DNA from: Vulcanimicrobiota bacterium
Lineage (GTDB): Bacteria; Vulcanimicrobiota; Vulcanimicrobiia; Vulcanimicrobiales; Vulcanimicrobiaceae
Length of the DNA: 64,000 nt
NCBI GenBank assembly: GCA_963820825.1
Contig: CAWGBN010000002.1
Span: 160,001-224,000 of the forward strand
Direction of reading: 5' to 3'
The position numbers and the translations under genes were made by a program. Positions 18,038 through 28,540 of the stretch are shown here, one piece after another. A model generated the notes under the pieces. It saw only the letters and a list, made by a program, of their open reading frames with translations, made no database searches and had not been told where the DNA came from. The number at the start of each line of letters is the position of its first letter. Positions within the stretch are counted from its first letter, which is position 1.

Positions 18038-19045
18038 TTACGTCGGCGCCAGATGCGGTACGATGAGCTCGCTGATCTTCCCGACGACGTCTTTCTCAAC
18101 TTCTTGAGCGGCCGCTTTGATCGCGTGTCTGATGGCGTTGCGGCTCGCGCGTCCGTGCGTCACGATGCAGTTTCCACGAAGACCGAGCAACGGCGCGCCC
18201 CCGTACTCTTCGTAATCGAATCGCCTTCGCAGCCGTTTGAGCGCCGGAGCGAGCATCGCCGTACCGATTTTGGTCAGTAGATTTCCGCCGAGCAGCGCGT
18301 CGCGCATGACCCGCGCGAGGTCGGCGATCATGCCTTCTCCCGTCTTGAGCACGACGTTTCCGACGAATCCATCGGCTACGATGACGTCGGCGACGTTATG
18401 GAAGAGGTCGCTCCCTTCGACGTTGCCGATGAAGCGCACGGGCGCGACTTCGAGCAGCCGGGCCGCTTCGAGCACGAGCTGATTACCCTTGCTGCGCTCC
18501 TCGCCGACCGAGAGGATCCCGACGCGCGGCTCGGCGACGTTGAGCACGGCCCTAGAATAGGCGGAGCCCATGATCGCAAACTGCTCGAGCCACTCCGGCC
18601 GGCAATCGACGTTCGCTCCCGAGTCGAGCAGAACGGTCGGCCCGTTGAGCGCCGGCCAAACCGTGGCGATCGCCGGACGGGAGATACCTTCGATCGTTCG
18701 GAGCTTGATTAGTGCGATCGCCAGAAAGGCGCCGCTATTGCCGGCCGAAACGACCGCGTCGGCCTCGCCCTGCTTCACCAGACCGACCGCGACGCCCAGC
18801 GAGGTCCGCTCGCACGAACGGACCGCCACCGACGGGGAGAGATCCATCGCGACCGCCTCGGGAGCGTGGATCACGCGGATGCGATCGGCTCCGTCGCCGC
18901 GAAGAAGCGAGCGAACGCGCGCCTCGTCGCCGACGAGCAGAATATCGGCATCGCACTCGCCGGCGGCAAGCATTGCACCGGCGACAATCTCGCCGGGAGC
19001 GTGGTCGCCGCCCATTGCGTCGACCGCGATGCGCGCTCGGCTCAT
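18038..19045 (-). CDS. plsX: Phosphate acyltransferase
   Basis: IAVDAMGGDHAP, VSAGNSGA, LDSGAN, ADGFVGNVVLK, YGGAPLLG. Confidence 0.96.
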   Translation of the reverse strand: MSRARIAVDAMGGDHAPGEIVAGAMLAAGECDADILLVGDEARVRSLLRGDGADRIRVIHAPEAVAMDLSPSVAVRSCERTSLGVAVGLVKQGEADAVVSAGNSGAFLAIALIKLRTIEGISRPAIATVWPALNGPTVLLDSGANVDCRPEWLEQFAIMGSAYSRAVLNVAEPRVGILSVGEERSKGNQLVLEAARLLEVAPVRFIGNVEGSDLFHNVADVIVADGFVGNVVLKTGEGMIADLARVMRDALLGGNLLTKIGTAMLAPALKRLRRRFDYEEYGGAPLLGLRGNCIVTHGRASRNAIRHAIKAAAQEVEKDVVGKISELIVPHLAPT

Positions 19046-19141
19046 GGCCCGCGTCTTTTGGAGCCACCCCTGGAATCCTTGCCTAGCGTCAACTTTTGGC
19101 CCTTGCCTGCCGGTCGGGCGCCGTGATACTATCGGCCGGCT

Positions 19142-19333
19142 ATGGCAAAGCGGTGCGAGATCTGTGGAAAGGGCCCTAAGGCGGGCAATAACGTCAGCCA
19201 CGCGATGAACAAGACGAAGCGGCGCTGGCTACCGAATTTACAGTCGGTCCGGATCGACGACCGCGGCGTTCACCGAACCGCCCGGGTCTGTACCGGCTGC
19301 CTGCGCTCGAATCGCGTCACGCGCCGCGCTTAG
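19142..19333 (+). CDS. rpmB: 50S ribosomal protein L28
   Basis: [34 protein letters not shown]. Confidence 0.97.
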   Translation: MAKRCEICGKGPKAGNNVSHAMNKTKRRWLPNLQSVRIDDRGVHRTARVCTGCLRSNRVTRRA

Positions 19334-19336
19334 CCG

Positions 19337-20281
19337 CTAGCGCCCGAAGTGATCCCAGCCGGAGCGCGCCAAAGGCGCTCCGTCGAAGATAACGCCCGAA
19401 CCCCTTCGTAAGAGACCGACGCGATAAAGCTCGCGCTTGAAGTGCGCGGCGTACCGCGTTGCCAAATGACGAAAGGCGCGCGGCCGCACCGCGACGAGCA
19501 GCTCGAAGTCCTCGCCGCCGGCAAGGGCAAATCGTCTCGGATCCTCTCCACGGCTTGCGGCAAGCGCGCGCGCCGACTCTGCGACGGGAACGCTCTCGAG
19601 CTCGGCGCCGCAACCGCTCGCTGCGGCCAAGCGATGGAGATCGGTCGAGAGACCGTCCGAGAGATCCATCATCGCGGTGACGTTGCGGCTCGCCGCGAGA
19701 AAGCGCCCTTCCGCGATTCGCGGCTGCGGTCGCCGGAATGCATCGAGCGCTTCTTGAATCGCCGCCGCGCCGATCGTGCTTGCATCCCGAGCGATCTCGA
19801 GGCCCGCCCGCGCCGCGCCGAGCGGCCCCGTCACCGCAAGCACGTCCCCCGGGCGTCCGCCGCTGCGCAGCTTCGCATCGGAGGCGCGCACCTCGCCGAC
19901 GACGGCGATCGATATCGTCAGGTTGCCGGCTCGCGAAAGGTCGCCGCCCACGATCTCGAGTTTCGATGCGGCGGCGCATTGCGCCAAACCGCGATAGAGG
20001 GTGAGGATATCGTCGGGAACGATCGCTTCGGAGAAACCCAAGGCGACGGTCGCCAGAATGGGACGCGCGCCCATCGCGCAGAGATCGCTGACGTTTGCCG
20101 CCATCGCACGCCAGCCCGCATCTTCGAGCGACATCGAGTCGCGCGTGAAGTCCACGCCCTCGACGAGCATATCGGTTGAAATGACGCTGCGGTGCGAACG
20201 CGACGGCTGCCAGAGCGCCGCATCATCCCCGATGCCGCGCGTGAATGGCTTAATGGCTTCGACGATCTCGTCTTCGGTCAC
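19337..20281 (-). CDS. thiL: Thiamine-monophosphate kinase
   Basis: GIGDDAA, NVSDLCAMGA, IVGGDL, MMDLSDGL, GGEDFELL, GWDHF; GTGA overlap with rpe. Confidence 0.95.
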   Translation of the reverse strand: MTEDEIVEAIKPFTRGIGDDAALWQPSRSHRSVISTDMLVEGVDFTRDSMSLEDAGWRAMAANVSDLCAMGARPILATVALGFSEAIVPDDILTLYRGLAQCAAASKLEIVGGDLSRAGNLTISIAVVGEVRASDAKLRSGGRPGDVLAVTGPLGAARAGLEIARDASTIGAAAIQEALDAFRRPQPRIAEGRFLAASRNVTAMMDLSDGLSTDLHRLAAASGCGAELESVPVAESARALAASRGEDPRRFALAGGEDFELLVAVRPRAFRHLATRYAAHFKRELYRVGLLRRGSGVIFDGAPLARSGWDHFGR

Positions 20282-20931
20282 GCGAGCAAGGCGCGGATGC
20301 GGCGTACCTCCGCCGCCGGATCCGGCGCGTCGAAGATGGCCGACCCCATCACCAGGACGTCGGCCCCTGCCTCGACGAGATCGCGAGCGTTCTCGGCACT
20401 GACGCCGCCGTCGACCTCGATCAGACACTTCGGATTGCGCCGTTCGATCAGCGCCCGTGCCTCGCGAACCTTTTCGATCGCGCGCGTAATGAACTTCTGA
20501 CCCGAAAAGCCGGGATTCACGCTCATCACGAGCACGGTGTCGCAATTCTCGATCACGTCGACCAGCATGCCGATCGGGGTCTGCGGATCGATCGCCAGGC
20601 CGGCCTTCGCGCCGATCTCACGCAGGTGCGTCAGCAATCGTTGCGCGTGCGGCGTCGCTTCGAGATGAAAGCTAATCCGATCGCATCCTGCGGCTCGAAA
20701 ATCGTCGACGTAGCGTTCGGGCTCGACGATCATCAAATGCGCGTCGAAGACCAGCGGCGAGAGCTTGCGCAGGTCGCCGATAATCTTCGGCCCCCAGGTG
20801 ATGTTCGGCACGAACCGGCCGTCCATGACGTCGAGGTGGAGGTACTCGGCTCCGGCATCCTGCACGCAGCGAATCTGTTCGGCAATTCGCGCGAAGTCGG
20901 CCGACAGGAGCGAGGGCGCGAGAACGGTCAT
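20278..20931 (-). CDS. rpe: Ribulose-phosphate 3-epimerase
   Basis: APSLLSADF, HLDVMDGRFVPN, MSVNPGF, IEVDGG. Confidence 0.96.
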   Translation of the reverse strand: MTVLAPSLLSADFARIAEQIRCVQDAGAEYLHLDVMDGRFVPNITWGPKIIGDLRKLSPLVFDAHLMIVEPERYVDDFRAAGCDRISFHLEATPHAQRLLTHLREIGAKAGLAIDPQTPIGMLVDVIENCDTVLVMSVNPGFSGQKFITRAIEKVREARALIERRNPKCLIEVDGGVSAENARDLVEAGADVLVMGSAIFDAPDPAAEVRRIRALLA

Positions 20932-20991
20932 GCGCCCGCCGTTCGCGCGCGCCGCGAAGCGCGCCTGCGCGCGGCTACGGTTACGCGCCCG

Positions 20992-22038
20992 TTAGAACGG
21001 CGACGGCGTCGGCGACGGACCCGGCGTGCCGTAGGCGTTCGGCGGCTCGGTGCCGAGCCGTTCTTCGCCGACGAGCGTATCGTTCACGTACATGTCGAGC
21101 AACGACGTTCCGACGGTCGTAATGTTGAAGTCGAGTTTCTGACCCGGCTCGGCGAAAGCGCGATAGAGATCGTATTGCCCGGTCGCGTCGGTAACCGATA
21201 GGCGAACGTCGAGCGGTTGATCGTTCTGCGTGTTATCGGAGACGGGAACCGAGACGAGCACGTGGACCTGGCGCACGACGTACCCCGATTCGTTCGGGCC
21301 AGCGCTCACCTGTAACGCGACGGGATCGTACGATGCGATTCTTGCCTTCGGCGCCGGAAGCTGGCGCGCGACCATACCGTGCGGCGGCGCCGACTTGCCC
21401 AGCGGCGTCCAGACGACCTGACCGATCTTGATTCCGGCATCGGCGGCAAGCGTTCGCGCCTGATCGACCGTGAGACCGACGAAGCTTGGAACGATGAGGT
21501 TGACTCTGCCGCCGCGGCTGATCGAGAGTGCCACCGTATCGCCCTCGTGAACGCTGGTCAGTGGAGACGGGCTCTGCGAGACGACGTGACCCTCCGGAAT
21601 GATGTCGCTGCGAGCGTACGAGACCTTTCCGAGCTGCAGATGCGCGCGCGAGAGGTCGAGCTGCACTTCGCGCATCGATTGGTAGCGCAGATCGGGCATC
21701 AACCGCGTAACGATGCCGTCGCTGATCACGAACGAGATCTGGCGTCCTTGGCGGACGGAATCGCCGGCCTGCGGTCGCTGCATGATGACCACGTCCTTCG
21801 GATAGCGGTCGCTCGTCGTGTGGTCGACGACCGCCGAGTTCAGCTTGAGCCGCGCGATTTCGGCGTTGGCATCGGTGAGCGTCTGACCGACGAACGACGG
21901 CACCGTGACGGTCGCCGACGACGGCAAGAGAAAGTCGTAGATCTGCCGGCCGAACCAAACCACGATCGCGACGAAGATCGCGAGCACGATTGGAAAGACC
22001 CAATCGCGCGGCAGGTACGCCTTGAGGGATGGCCTCAG
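20992..22038 (-). CDS. Membrane-anchored triple PASTA-domain protein (start uncertain, possibly CTG)
   Basis: N-terminal TM then three repeats VPSFVG/MPDLR...V..Q.P...V...S.G. Confidence 0.85.
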   Translation of the reverse strand: MRPSLKAYLPRDWVFPIVLAIFVAIVVWFGRQIYDFLLPSSATVTVPSFVGQTLTDANAEIARLKLNSAVVDHTTSDRYPKDVVIMQRPQAGDSVRQGRQISFVISDGIVTRLMPDLRYQSMREVQLDLSRAHLQLGKVSYARSDIIPEGHVVSQSPSPLTSVHEGDTVALSISRGGRVNLIVPSFVGLTVDQARTLAADAGIKIGQVVWTPLGKSAPPHGMVARQLPAPKARIASYDPVALQVSAGPNESGYVVRQVHVLVSVPVSDNTQNDQPLDVRLSVTDATGQYDLYRAFAEPGQKLDFNITTVGTSLLDMYVNDTLVGEERLGTEPPNAYGTPGPSPTPSPF

Positions 22039-22781
22039 GCGAGCGCCTCCGCCGAAACGTGGCTGAAATCGAGATTGCTGAAGAGGCGTTGTACGTCTTC
22101 GTGCTCTTCGAGCGCATCGAGAAATGCGAGCGCCGCCTGCAGCTGCGCGTCCTGCAGCTCGACCTTCGTCTTCGTCCTCATGCCGAGATAGACGTCGGAG
22201 ATCTTCACGCCGCGGGCGCGCAACTCGTCGCGCACGCCGGCGAGCCGTGCCGGTTCGGTGTAGATCGTCGCAAAATCGGGATCGTACTCGATGTCCTCGA
22301 CGCCGTCGATCAGCGCTTCCTCCATGAGCGCCTCTTCCGTTCGGCCGGCCGGATCGATTTCGACCATCCCAACCGGATCGAACATCCACGCGACGCTCCC
22401 GCTCTCGCCGAGGTTCCCTTCGTGGCGGCTGAAGAGAAAGCGCAGCTCACCGGCGGTCCGATTGCGATTATCGGTCGCCGCATCGACGACGACCGCCAAA
22501 CCGTGCGGACCGTAGCCTTCGTAACGAATCTCTTCGATCTCGCGCTCGCTGTCCTGACCCGAGGCGCGCGAAATCGCGCGTTTAATATTCTCCTGGGGCA
22601 TGTTGAACTCGCGCGCCTTTTCAACGGCCATCTTCAAGCGGTAGTTGGCCTCCGGATCGGGCGAGCCGCCCTTCGCCGCAAGAATGATCTCTTTGCTCAG
22701 CTTGGTAAAGAGCGCGCCGCGCTGGGCGTCGACCTTGCCCTTCTTCAGCTTGATGTTATGCCATTTGGAGTGTCCCGACAT
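22035..22781 (-). CDS. yebC: YebC/PmpR family protein
   Basis: MSGHSKWHNIK, YEGYGPHG, TDNRNRT, GSVAWMF, DVQRLFSN. Confidence 0.95.
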   Translation of the reverse strand: MSGHSKWHNIKLKKGKVDAQRGALFTKLSKEIILAAKGGSPDPEANYRLKMAVEKAREFNMPQENIKRAISRASGQDSEREIEEIRYEGYGPHGLAVVVDAATDNRNRTAGELRFLFSRHEGNLGESGSVAWMFDPVGMVEIDPAGRTEEALMEEALIDGVEDIEYDPDFATIYTEPARLAGVRDELRARGVKISDVYLGMRTKTKVELQDAQLQAALAFLDALEEHEDVQRLFSNLDFSHVSAEALA

Positions 22782-22807
22782 CTCAAAAACCCTCGCCGCG
22801 TCCTTCG

Positions 22808-25800
22808 CTAGCCCGGACCGATAACCCAGGTCGGGAACCACATTCGCGCGTGCCAGGCGTCCCAGCTAATCGGATGGGCCGCCAGAATTGGATAAAAGAA
22901 GACGAAGCCTGCCGCCGCGGCCGCGACGTACGCCCCGACGCCGAGGCCTCCGAGCCAGCGCCGTTCCTCGCGCCGCTGCGCCCATTGCCAAAGACGCTGG
23001 AGTACGACCACGTTGCAGATGCAAATCAGCGGAATGTTGACGTAGAAGTGATAGGCGAACGTTAAACGCGGCGATCCGACCCAGGGCAGCCATTGCAGCA
23101 GATAGGTCAAGACGATCAACGCGTAGGCTTTATTTCGCTCCTTCCAAGCGAGAACGGCGACCCAGGGCACGGCGAGCAATCCAAACCACAAGATTACCGG
23201 GTTCGGCAGCGAGGTGATCTCGTAAACGCAGCAGCCCTTCGGATTTGTCGGATCCTTGCGATGATCCTGATAGAAATACGCAATCGGCAGGTAGTCGATC
23301 GGCCACTCGAACCACCGCGACGAGTAGGGATGCGTGGCGACGAGGTTATGATGATACTCGTACATCGAGTATTGGCGATAGACGATGTCGTTGAGGTTAT
23401 GGATCTCCCCCGGGTCCGGGGAGTGACGCGCCAGATCCGGAACCCAGACGAGTGCGTAGACCGTCGCGCTGACGAAGACGATCGTGGCGAGCGCCGCGTC
23501 GAGGCGGAAGCCGCGCGGATTTCCCCAAAGCGTTGGGCTCGCCTGCGCGAAATAGCGTTGCAGCCAGACGGCAACGATCACGACGAAGCTCACGCCGAAG
23601 CCCATAACCCCGTACCACTTCGAGCTCACGAGCAGACCCAAGGCGACGGTAAAGAGGATGAGCCACAATCTCGAAGAGCGGCCTTTCTCGAGTGCGCCCG
23701 CAGTTCGAATCTCGTCTTCTGCGTAGACTGCCTCGCCGGCGGGGGTCGAGTAGGTCACGCTCGGATCGCGCCGGTACTCGATTCGTAACGGATCGTCACG
23801 ATAGACGAGCGCATCGCCTTTCGCCTGAGAGGCCGCGCCGCGCTCGATCCGCCCGCGCGAATCGATCGTACCCCCGTCGGAGGCATGCACGAAGGTCCCC
23901 TCCTTGCCGCGTAATGCATACGAGCCCTCCGCGAAGGTGAGCTCGAGCCGGCCGTCACCGAAGAGCCGCGGAAAGAGCGTATAGCGAACGAGCAGATAGC
24001 ACGCGCAGGCGATATAGAGCGTCACGACCACGGTCGACGCGGCGTCGACCCCAAAGCCCGTACGCAGAACCTGCGCCACCGCGGCGCCGATCAGTACGCA
24101 GGTGCCGATGCCGGCCAAGATCGCCCAGGACGGCGTCGCAACGTGGGCGCGTTCGCCGACCTGCGAGCTAATCCAAAACCGGTAGAACGCGTAGACGGCG
24201 AGCGTCGCAAAGAAGACGACGAAGCCTTCGGGAGTCGCGATCCGCGACTGGACGAAATGCATCCCGTCGAAGCTGAGCAAGAGCGCGGCGATCGTCGCGA
24301 AGAGGGTCGAACCGGTAACGCGCTTTGCGAAGGCGTAGAGCAGCATGACGACCAGCGCGCCGAAGACCACGTCGAGGAAACGCCAGCCGTACGAGTTGTC
24401 GCCGTTGCTTAAATGCCCGACGATCGCGTTGAGTCCCGTCCATCCGCCGAGTCCGTGCCCTTTCGGCATGCCGCCGAAGAGCACGATAGAGATCGTGATC
24501 AGCAGCTTGCTGAGCGGCGGATGGGTATTCTCGTAGATACGAAAGTTCTGCAAGTACTCTTCGCCGGCGCGCGCAAAGTAGATCTCGTCGAAGACTTTGT
24601 CGGCCGGCCACCAGTATCCGACGAACGAAAGAATGAAGTTCCCGATACCCAGCGCCGCGGCGATCGCGTAGTCGAGCGGCCAGCGCATCGCGGCCAGACC
24701 CTCGCGCGGATCGTACCAGTGACGCGCGCCGATCTCATCTTCTTCCGCCGCCTCGACCCGTTCCGGGCGTCCCGGCTCGATCGCGGTCCGCGCGGTCGCC
24801 GGCTCGGCCGCGCCGAGATACTGGTAGCCGAGCCAGAAGAACGTCCCGACGGCGACGAGCGAAAAGGCGACCGTCCAGATGCCCCAAAGGTTCTGCGCGT
24901 TCGCGCCCGGGACGCTCCCGGTGACGACCGCGAGATACTGCAGGCTGTAGATGAGGTTGGCCAAGAGCACGACCGAAAGCGCGATCGCTCCCCAGAGATA
25001 GCGGCGCGCAAAGGGGATGCAAGCGATCGTGAAGAGCAATCCGTTGAACGAGTAGCGCTCGTGCATGCGCGTCGCCAACACGAAAAACGCCAGCGTCGCA
25101 ATTGCGCAGCCTTCCAGCAGCGCCTGCGAAGTGCGATCTTGCACGTAACGCCACACGATCAGTGCGAGCGCCGCGATCACGAGCACGAGACCCCAGATCC
25201 ACTGCGGCAGCCCCAAGATCGGCTGTGTATCGGATACCCAGAGCGTCCCGCGAATCGCCCACAGGTTGAAGGCGTTGACGCTGTTATAGGCATAGACGAT
25301 CGCACCGTTGTGATAGCGGTCGTAGAGCCATGCGAAAGCGGCAATCGGATTGCTCGGGTGGAACGGCTCGGTCAGCGCGAGGGCGAGCAGCAGCGCAGCG
25401 CCGGCTCCGATCGCGCTCGCAACGATGCGCTCCCGCCGCAACTGCGGGTTCACAAACGCAAACGCCACCAACAACGGGAGCAGCACGGCCGCCTGCGGCT
25501 TAATGAGTATGGAGTAGGAAAAAGCGAGCCACGCAAAGACGATCCAGCCCGTGCCTGCGAATCCCTTGGAGCCTGCGCCGGAGGGCCTCTGGTCTTCGCT
25601 GCGCAGCAGCGCGTAGATCGCTAGCAAGGCGAAGCCGCCCGCAATGGAATCGACCTGGCCCCACAGGGCCGAGATGTAAATCGTCGCCGGATTGAACAAA
25701 TAGAATGCCGCGGCAACGAGCGCGACGCGTGCGCTTGCGAACCGGGCGACGATGGCGTAAACGAGCGCGCCGACGCCGAGGTCGGCGAGGATCGCCGGCA

Positions 25801-26113
25801 CTTTGACGAGATCGCGAAGAACCGCATAGCCGGGATCGTGCGCGCTAAAAAGGTGCCAAACGTATCCGATCGCGGCGAGGATGTAGAAATAGCCGGGCGG
25901 GTAGTCGACGAAACCGATCGTCGAATAGAACTTCGCAAAGCCGTGCTGGCTCAAACCGATCGCCCAAGCCGCGTAGGTGCTGACGTCGGTCTTGAAGCCC
26001 TCGTTCCCGATGAAGAAGAGCCTCACCACCAGCGCTGCGAGCAGAAGAACCGGGAGCGCCCAGACGAGCGATCCCTGCCGTGCCGGTGCGCGCACCGTAC
26101 TGTTGACGTTCAC
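22808..26113 (-). CDS. Large polytopic GT-C protein: N-terminal glycosyltransferase-like domain fused to GT39 protein O-mannosyltransferase-like domain
   Basis: DYPPGY, SALWGQVDS, IKPQ, TRMHERY (domain 1); FDEIYF, ENTHPPLSK, HFVQSRIAT, SSKW, HPYSSRW, GSPRLTFAYHF (PMT). Confidence 0.88.
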   Translation of the reverse strand: MNVNSTVRAPARQGSLVWALPVLLLAALVVRLFFIGNEGFKTDVSTYAAWAIGLSQHGFAKFYSTIGFVDYPPGYFYILAAIGYVWHLFSAHDPGYAVLRDLVKVPAILADLGVGALVYAIVARFASARVALVAAAFYLFNPATIYISALWGQVDSIAGGFALLAIYALLRSEDQRPSGAGSKGFAGTGWIVFAWLAFSYSILIKPQAAVLLPLLVAFAFVNPQLRRERIVASAIGAGAALLLALALTEPFHPSNPIAAFAWLYDRYHNGAIVYAYNSVNAFNLWAIRGTLWVSDTQPILGLPQWIWGLVLVIAALALIVWRYVQDRTSQALLEGCAIATLAFFVLATRMHERYSFNGLLFTIACIPFARRYLWGAIALSVVLLANLIYSLQYLAVVTGSVPGANAQNLWGIWTVAFSLVAVGTFFWLGYQYLGAAEPATARTAIEPGRPERVEAAEEDEIGARHWYDPREGLAAMRWPLDYAIAAALGIGNFILSFVGYWWPADKVFDEIYFARAGEEYLQNFRIYENTHPPLSKLLITISIVLFGGMPKGHGLGGWTGLNAIVGHLSNGDNSYGWRFLDVVFGALVVMLLYAFAKRVTGSTLFATIAALLLSFDGMHFVQSRIATPEGFVVFFATLAVYAFYRFWISSQVGERAHVATPSWAILAGIGTCVLIGAAVAQVLRTGFGVDAASTVVVTLYIACACYLLVRYTLFPRLFGDGRLELTFAEGSYALRGKEGTFVHASDGGTIDSRGRIERGAASQAKGDALVYRDDPLRIEYRRDPSVTYSTPAGEAVYAEDEIRTAGALEKGRSSRLWLILFTVALGLLVSSKWYGVMGFGVSFVVIVAVWLQRYFAQASPTLWGNPRGFRLDAALATIVFVSATVYALVWVPDLARHSPDPGEIHNLNDIVYRQYSMYEYHHNLVATHPYSSRWFEWPIDYLPIAYFYQDHRKDPTNPKGCCVYEITSLPNPVILWFGLLAVPWVAVLAWKERNKAYALIVLTYLLQWLPWVGSPRLTFAYHFYVNIPLICICNVVVLQRLWQWAQRREERRWLGGLGVGAYVAAAAAGFVFFYPILAAHPISWDAWHARMWFPTWVIGPG

Positions 26114-26129
26114 GATCCTTCCTTTGCCG

Positions 26130-27119
26130 TCAGCGAGCCGCGGTCAGGCCCAGCGTGCTCGAAAGATAATCGCGAAGCTCCGGCTTCGGGTGATTCTCGA
26201 GGACCGCGAGGTGCTCGGCGGCCGCCTCGGCTGCAGCCCGGCGCGCGCCGACCGTATCGAGCGCATCGACGATGCGGCCGACCGCCGTTGCGTCGAGCGC
26301 GTCGCCTCGCGCGTAGGCCTCCGCGATCACGCTTCGAGCCGGCGACGGCAGCTGCGCGATCGCCCAAACCACCGGAAAGGTCCACTTTCGGCGCGCGATG
26401 TCGCCGGCGACGGTCTTCCCCGTCTCGTCGACCGAGGACCAGATGCCGGCAACGTCGTCACGGATCTGAAAGGCTATGCCGTAGGCGCGGCCGAGCGCGC
26501 CGTAACCGGCGATCGCGCTCTCGCCACAAGCGGCAGCATGGGCTCCCAGGCGGCAGGATGCATCGAAGAGCTGCGCCGTCTTACACTCGATCATCCGGTA
26601 ATAGTCGGCTAGGTTGACGGACGGCTGCGACTCGAACGAGAGATCGAGCGACTGCCCCTCGCACATCACCGCATGGGCTTCGTGCAAGAGCGCGAGCATT
26701 CGCAGCACCCGGCGTGCGTCGAGATGCGCGCGAGCCCGCTCGAGGCTGAGAAAGCTCAGCGCGCACATCGCGTCGCCGGCATCGATCGCCCGGGAAATGC
26801 CGTACGCGCTCCAGAGGGTCGGGCGACCGTGGCGCAACTCGTCGCGATCCTCGATGTCGTCGTGGACGAGCGAGTAGTTGTGAAAGATCTCGACGGCGAC
26901 CGCGGCATCGAGCGCGTGCTCGAGCGGCGCGCCCTCGACGACCGCAACGCGCATCACCATCTGCGGGCGCAGCCGTTTGCCGCGCCGCGCCGGCCCATAC
27001 GGAGCGTAGCCGAAATGCCGCAAAAGACTATCGGAGATCTCAGTAGATCCCCGATATCCCGTAATCCGTTCTTCGAGGGCGCTCTCGAAGCGCTCGGCGA
27101 ACGTCGCTTCCTTAAGCAG
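26130..27119 (-). CDS. Polyprenyl diphosphate synthase (IspA/GGPPS family); first canonical start TTG 27023, frame open to CTG 27119
   Basis: GKRLRP, SLVHDDIEDRDELRHGRPT, GQSLDL, KTAQL, FQIRDD. Confidence 0.9.
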   Translation of the reverse strand: MLKEATFAERFESALEERITGYRGSTEISDSLLRHFGYAPYGPARRGKRLRPQMVMRVAVVEGAPLEHALDAAVAVEIFHNYSLVHDDIEDRDELRHGRPTLWSAYGISRAIDAGDAMCALSFLSLERARAHLDARRVLRMLALLHEAHAVMCEGQSLDLSFESQPSVNLADYYRMIECKTAQLFDASCRLGAHAAACGESAIAGYGALGRAYGIAFQIRDDVAGIWSSVDETGKTVAGDIARRKWTFPVVWAIAQLPSPARSVIAEAYARGDALDATAVGRIVDALDTVGARRAAAEAAAEHLAVLENHPKPELRDYLSSTLGLTAAR

Positions 27120-27951
27120 AGGCGGCCAGCTCCTCCATCCGCGCTTCGACCTTGTCGACGAGCCAGCCGGGAGTCGAGGCGCCCGACATCAGACCCGCCA
27201 CCTCCACGCCGCTAAACCACTGCCGCTCCAGCTCTTCGGGGCCTTCGATGTGATAGGCGCGCGCGCCGTGCGATTCGGAGAGATCGGCGAGGTGCTTGGT
27301 GTTCGCCGAGGTCTTACCGCCGACGACGATCATCACTTCGACGTCCTTCGCCAGCCGCAGTGCTTCGTTCTGGCGATTGTGCGTATCGGTGCAGATGGTG
27401 TTTACGGCGCGAACTTCGTAGTACTTAGCGGAGAGCGCGCGGACGATCTCGGTAAAGCCTTCGCCGGACCACGTCGATTGCACGACGACGCCGACGCGGC
27501 TCGAGCGCGGCAGCCGCTCGACGTCGGCGGGCGTTTGAATGCACCACGCACCGGGGACGTGGCTGAGCGTGCCTTTGACCTCGGGATGGTTCGGATCGCC
27601 GATGACGACGATCTTATAGCCGTCGGCCTTGAGCTTCTCGGCCTGCACGTGAATCTTCGTGACCATCGGACAGGTGGCGTCGATGATCTCGAGCTTCTTC
27701 TCTTTCGCTTTTTCGAAGACGTCGACCGGCAGGCCGTGCGCGCGAACGAAGAGTGCTCCGGCGTCGACGTCGTCGACGCTCTGGGCATTCTTCAGGCCGC
27801 GCGAAGCGAGCGATTCGACCATCTGCGGGTTGTGAACGACGTGACCGAGCGTGGTGACGTCACCGCGCGAAGCGATGGCCTCCTCCGCCTTCTTTACGGT
27901 AATCGCAACCCCGAAGCAGAATCCCTGAACCGACGCCTTACGTATTTCCAC
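27112..27951 (-). CDS. ispH: 4-hydroxy-3-methylbut-2-enyl diphosphate reductase
   Basis: GFCFGV, VHN, RAHG, DATCP, HPEV, NTIC, SANT, GASTP. Confidence 0.96.
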   Translation of the reverse strand: MEIRKASVQGFCFGVAITVKKAEEAIASRGDVTTLGHVVHNPQMVESLASRGLKNAQSVDDVDAGALFVRAHGLPVDVFEKAKEKKLEIIDATCPMVTKIHVQAEKLKADGYKIVVIGDPNHPEVKGTLSHVPGAWCIQTPADVERLPRSSRVGVVVQSTWSGEGFTEIVRALSAKYYEVRAVNTICTDTHNRQNEALRLAKDVEVMIVVGGKTSANTKHLADLSESHGARAYHIEGPEELERQWFSGVEVAGLMSGASTPGWLVDKVEARMEELAASA

Positions 27952-28540
27952 CGATGCTCCCCGCCAATACCTCGATCGCTTTCATAATCTCCGCAGCGAA
28001 CTTCGCCAAATCATCGCGCGTTGCTTTCCGGGCCGACGGAAGCGCCAGCGGCGCTCCGAAGGCGACGTCTACGCGTCCGAGCCGAAGCGCCCGGTCGGTA
28101 CCATGAACGCAGGCCGGCACGACCGGAGCGCCGGCCAGCGAGGCCAGCAAGGCGACTCCCGTCTGAGGCGCCGAGGGGGTACCCTGGCTGCGCCGCCCCT
28201 CCGGAAAGATCCCGACCGCTCCCTCCGATTCCAGCACGCGCAGCGAGCGCTTAATCGCGCCGGTAGCGCTGCCGTGGCGATCGACGCTATAGGCGCCGAG
28301 AGCGCGAATCACCGGCCCGAGGAGAGGCATTTCGAAGAGCTCCTTCTTCGCCATGTAGCGGATGCGGCGCGGACAGAGCGCGCCGAGCACCGGCGGATCA
28401 AAGTACGAGATGTGATTGCACGCGACGATCAGCCGCCCGGATGCGGGAACGTTCTCCGCGCCGAAGACGCGCGCGCGCCAGAGCACGCGCGTCATCGCGC
28501 GCACGAAGAACTTCGAGAAATCGTAGAACGCCGGATTCAT
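27938..28540 (-). CDS. plsC: 1-acyl-sn-glycerol-3-phosphate acyltransferase
   Basis: NHISYFD, MAKKELF, IFPEGRRS. Confidence 0.9.
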   Translation of the reverse strand: MNPAFYDFSKFFVRAMTRVLWRARVFGAENVPASGRLIVACNHISYFDPPVLGALCPRRIRYMAKKELFEMPLLGPVIRALGAYSVDRHGSATGAIKRSLRVLESEGAVGIFPEGRRSQGTPSAPQTGVALLASLAGAPVVPACVHGTDRALRLGRVDVAFGAPLALPSARKATRDDLAKFAAEIMKAIEVLAGSIGGNT

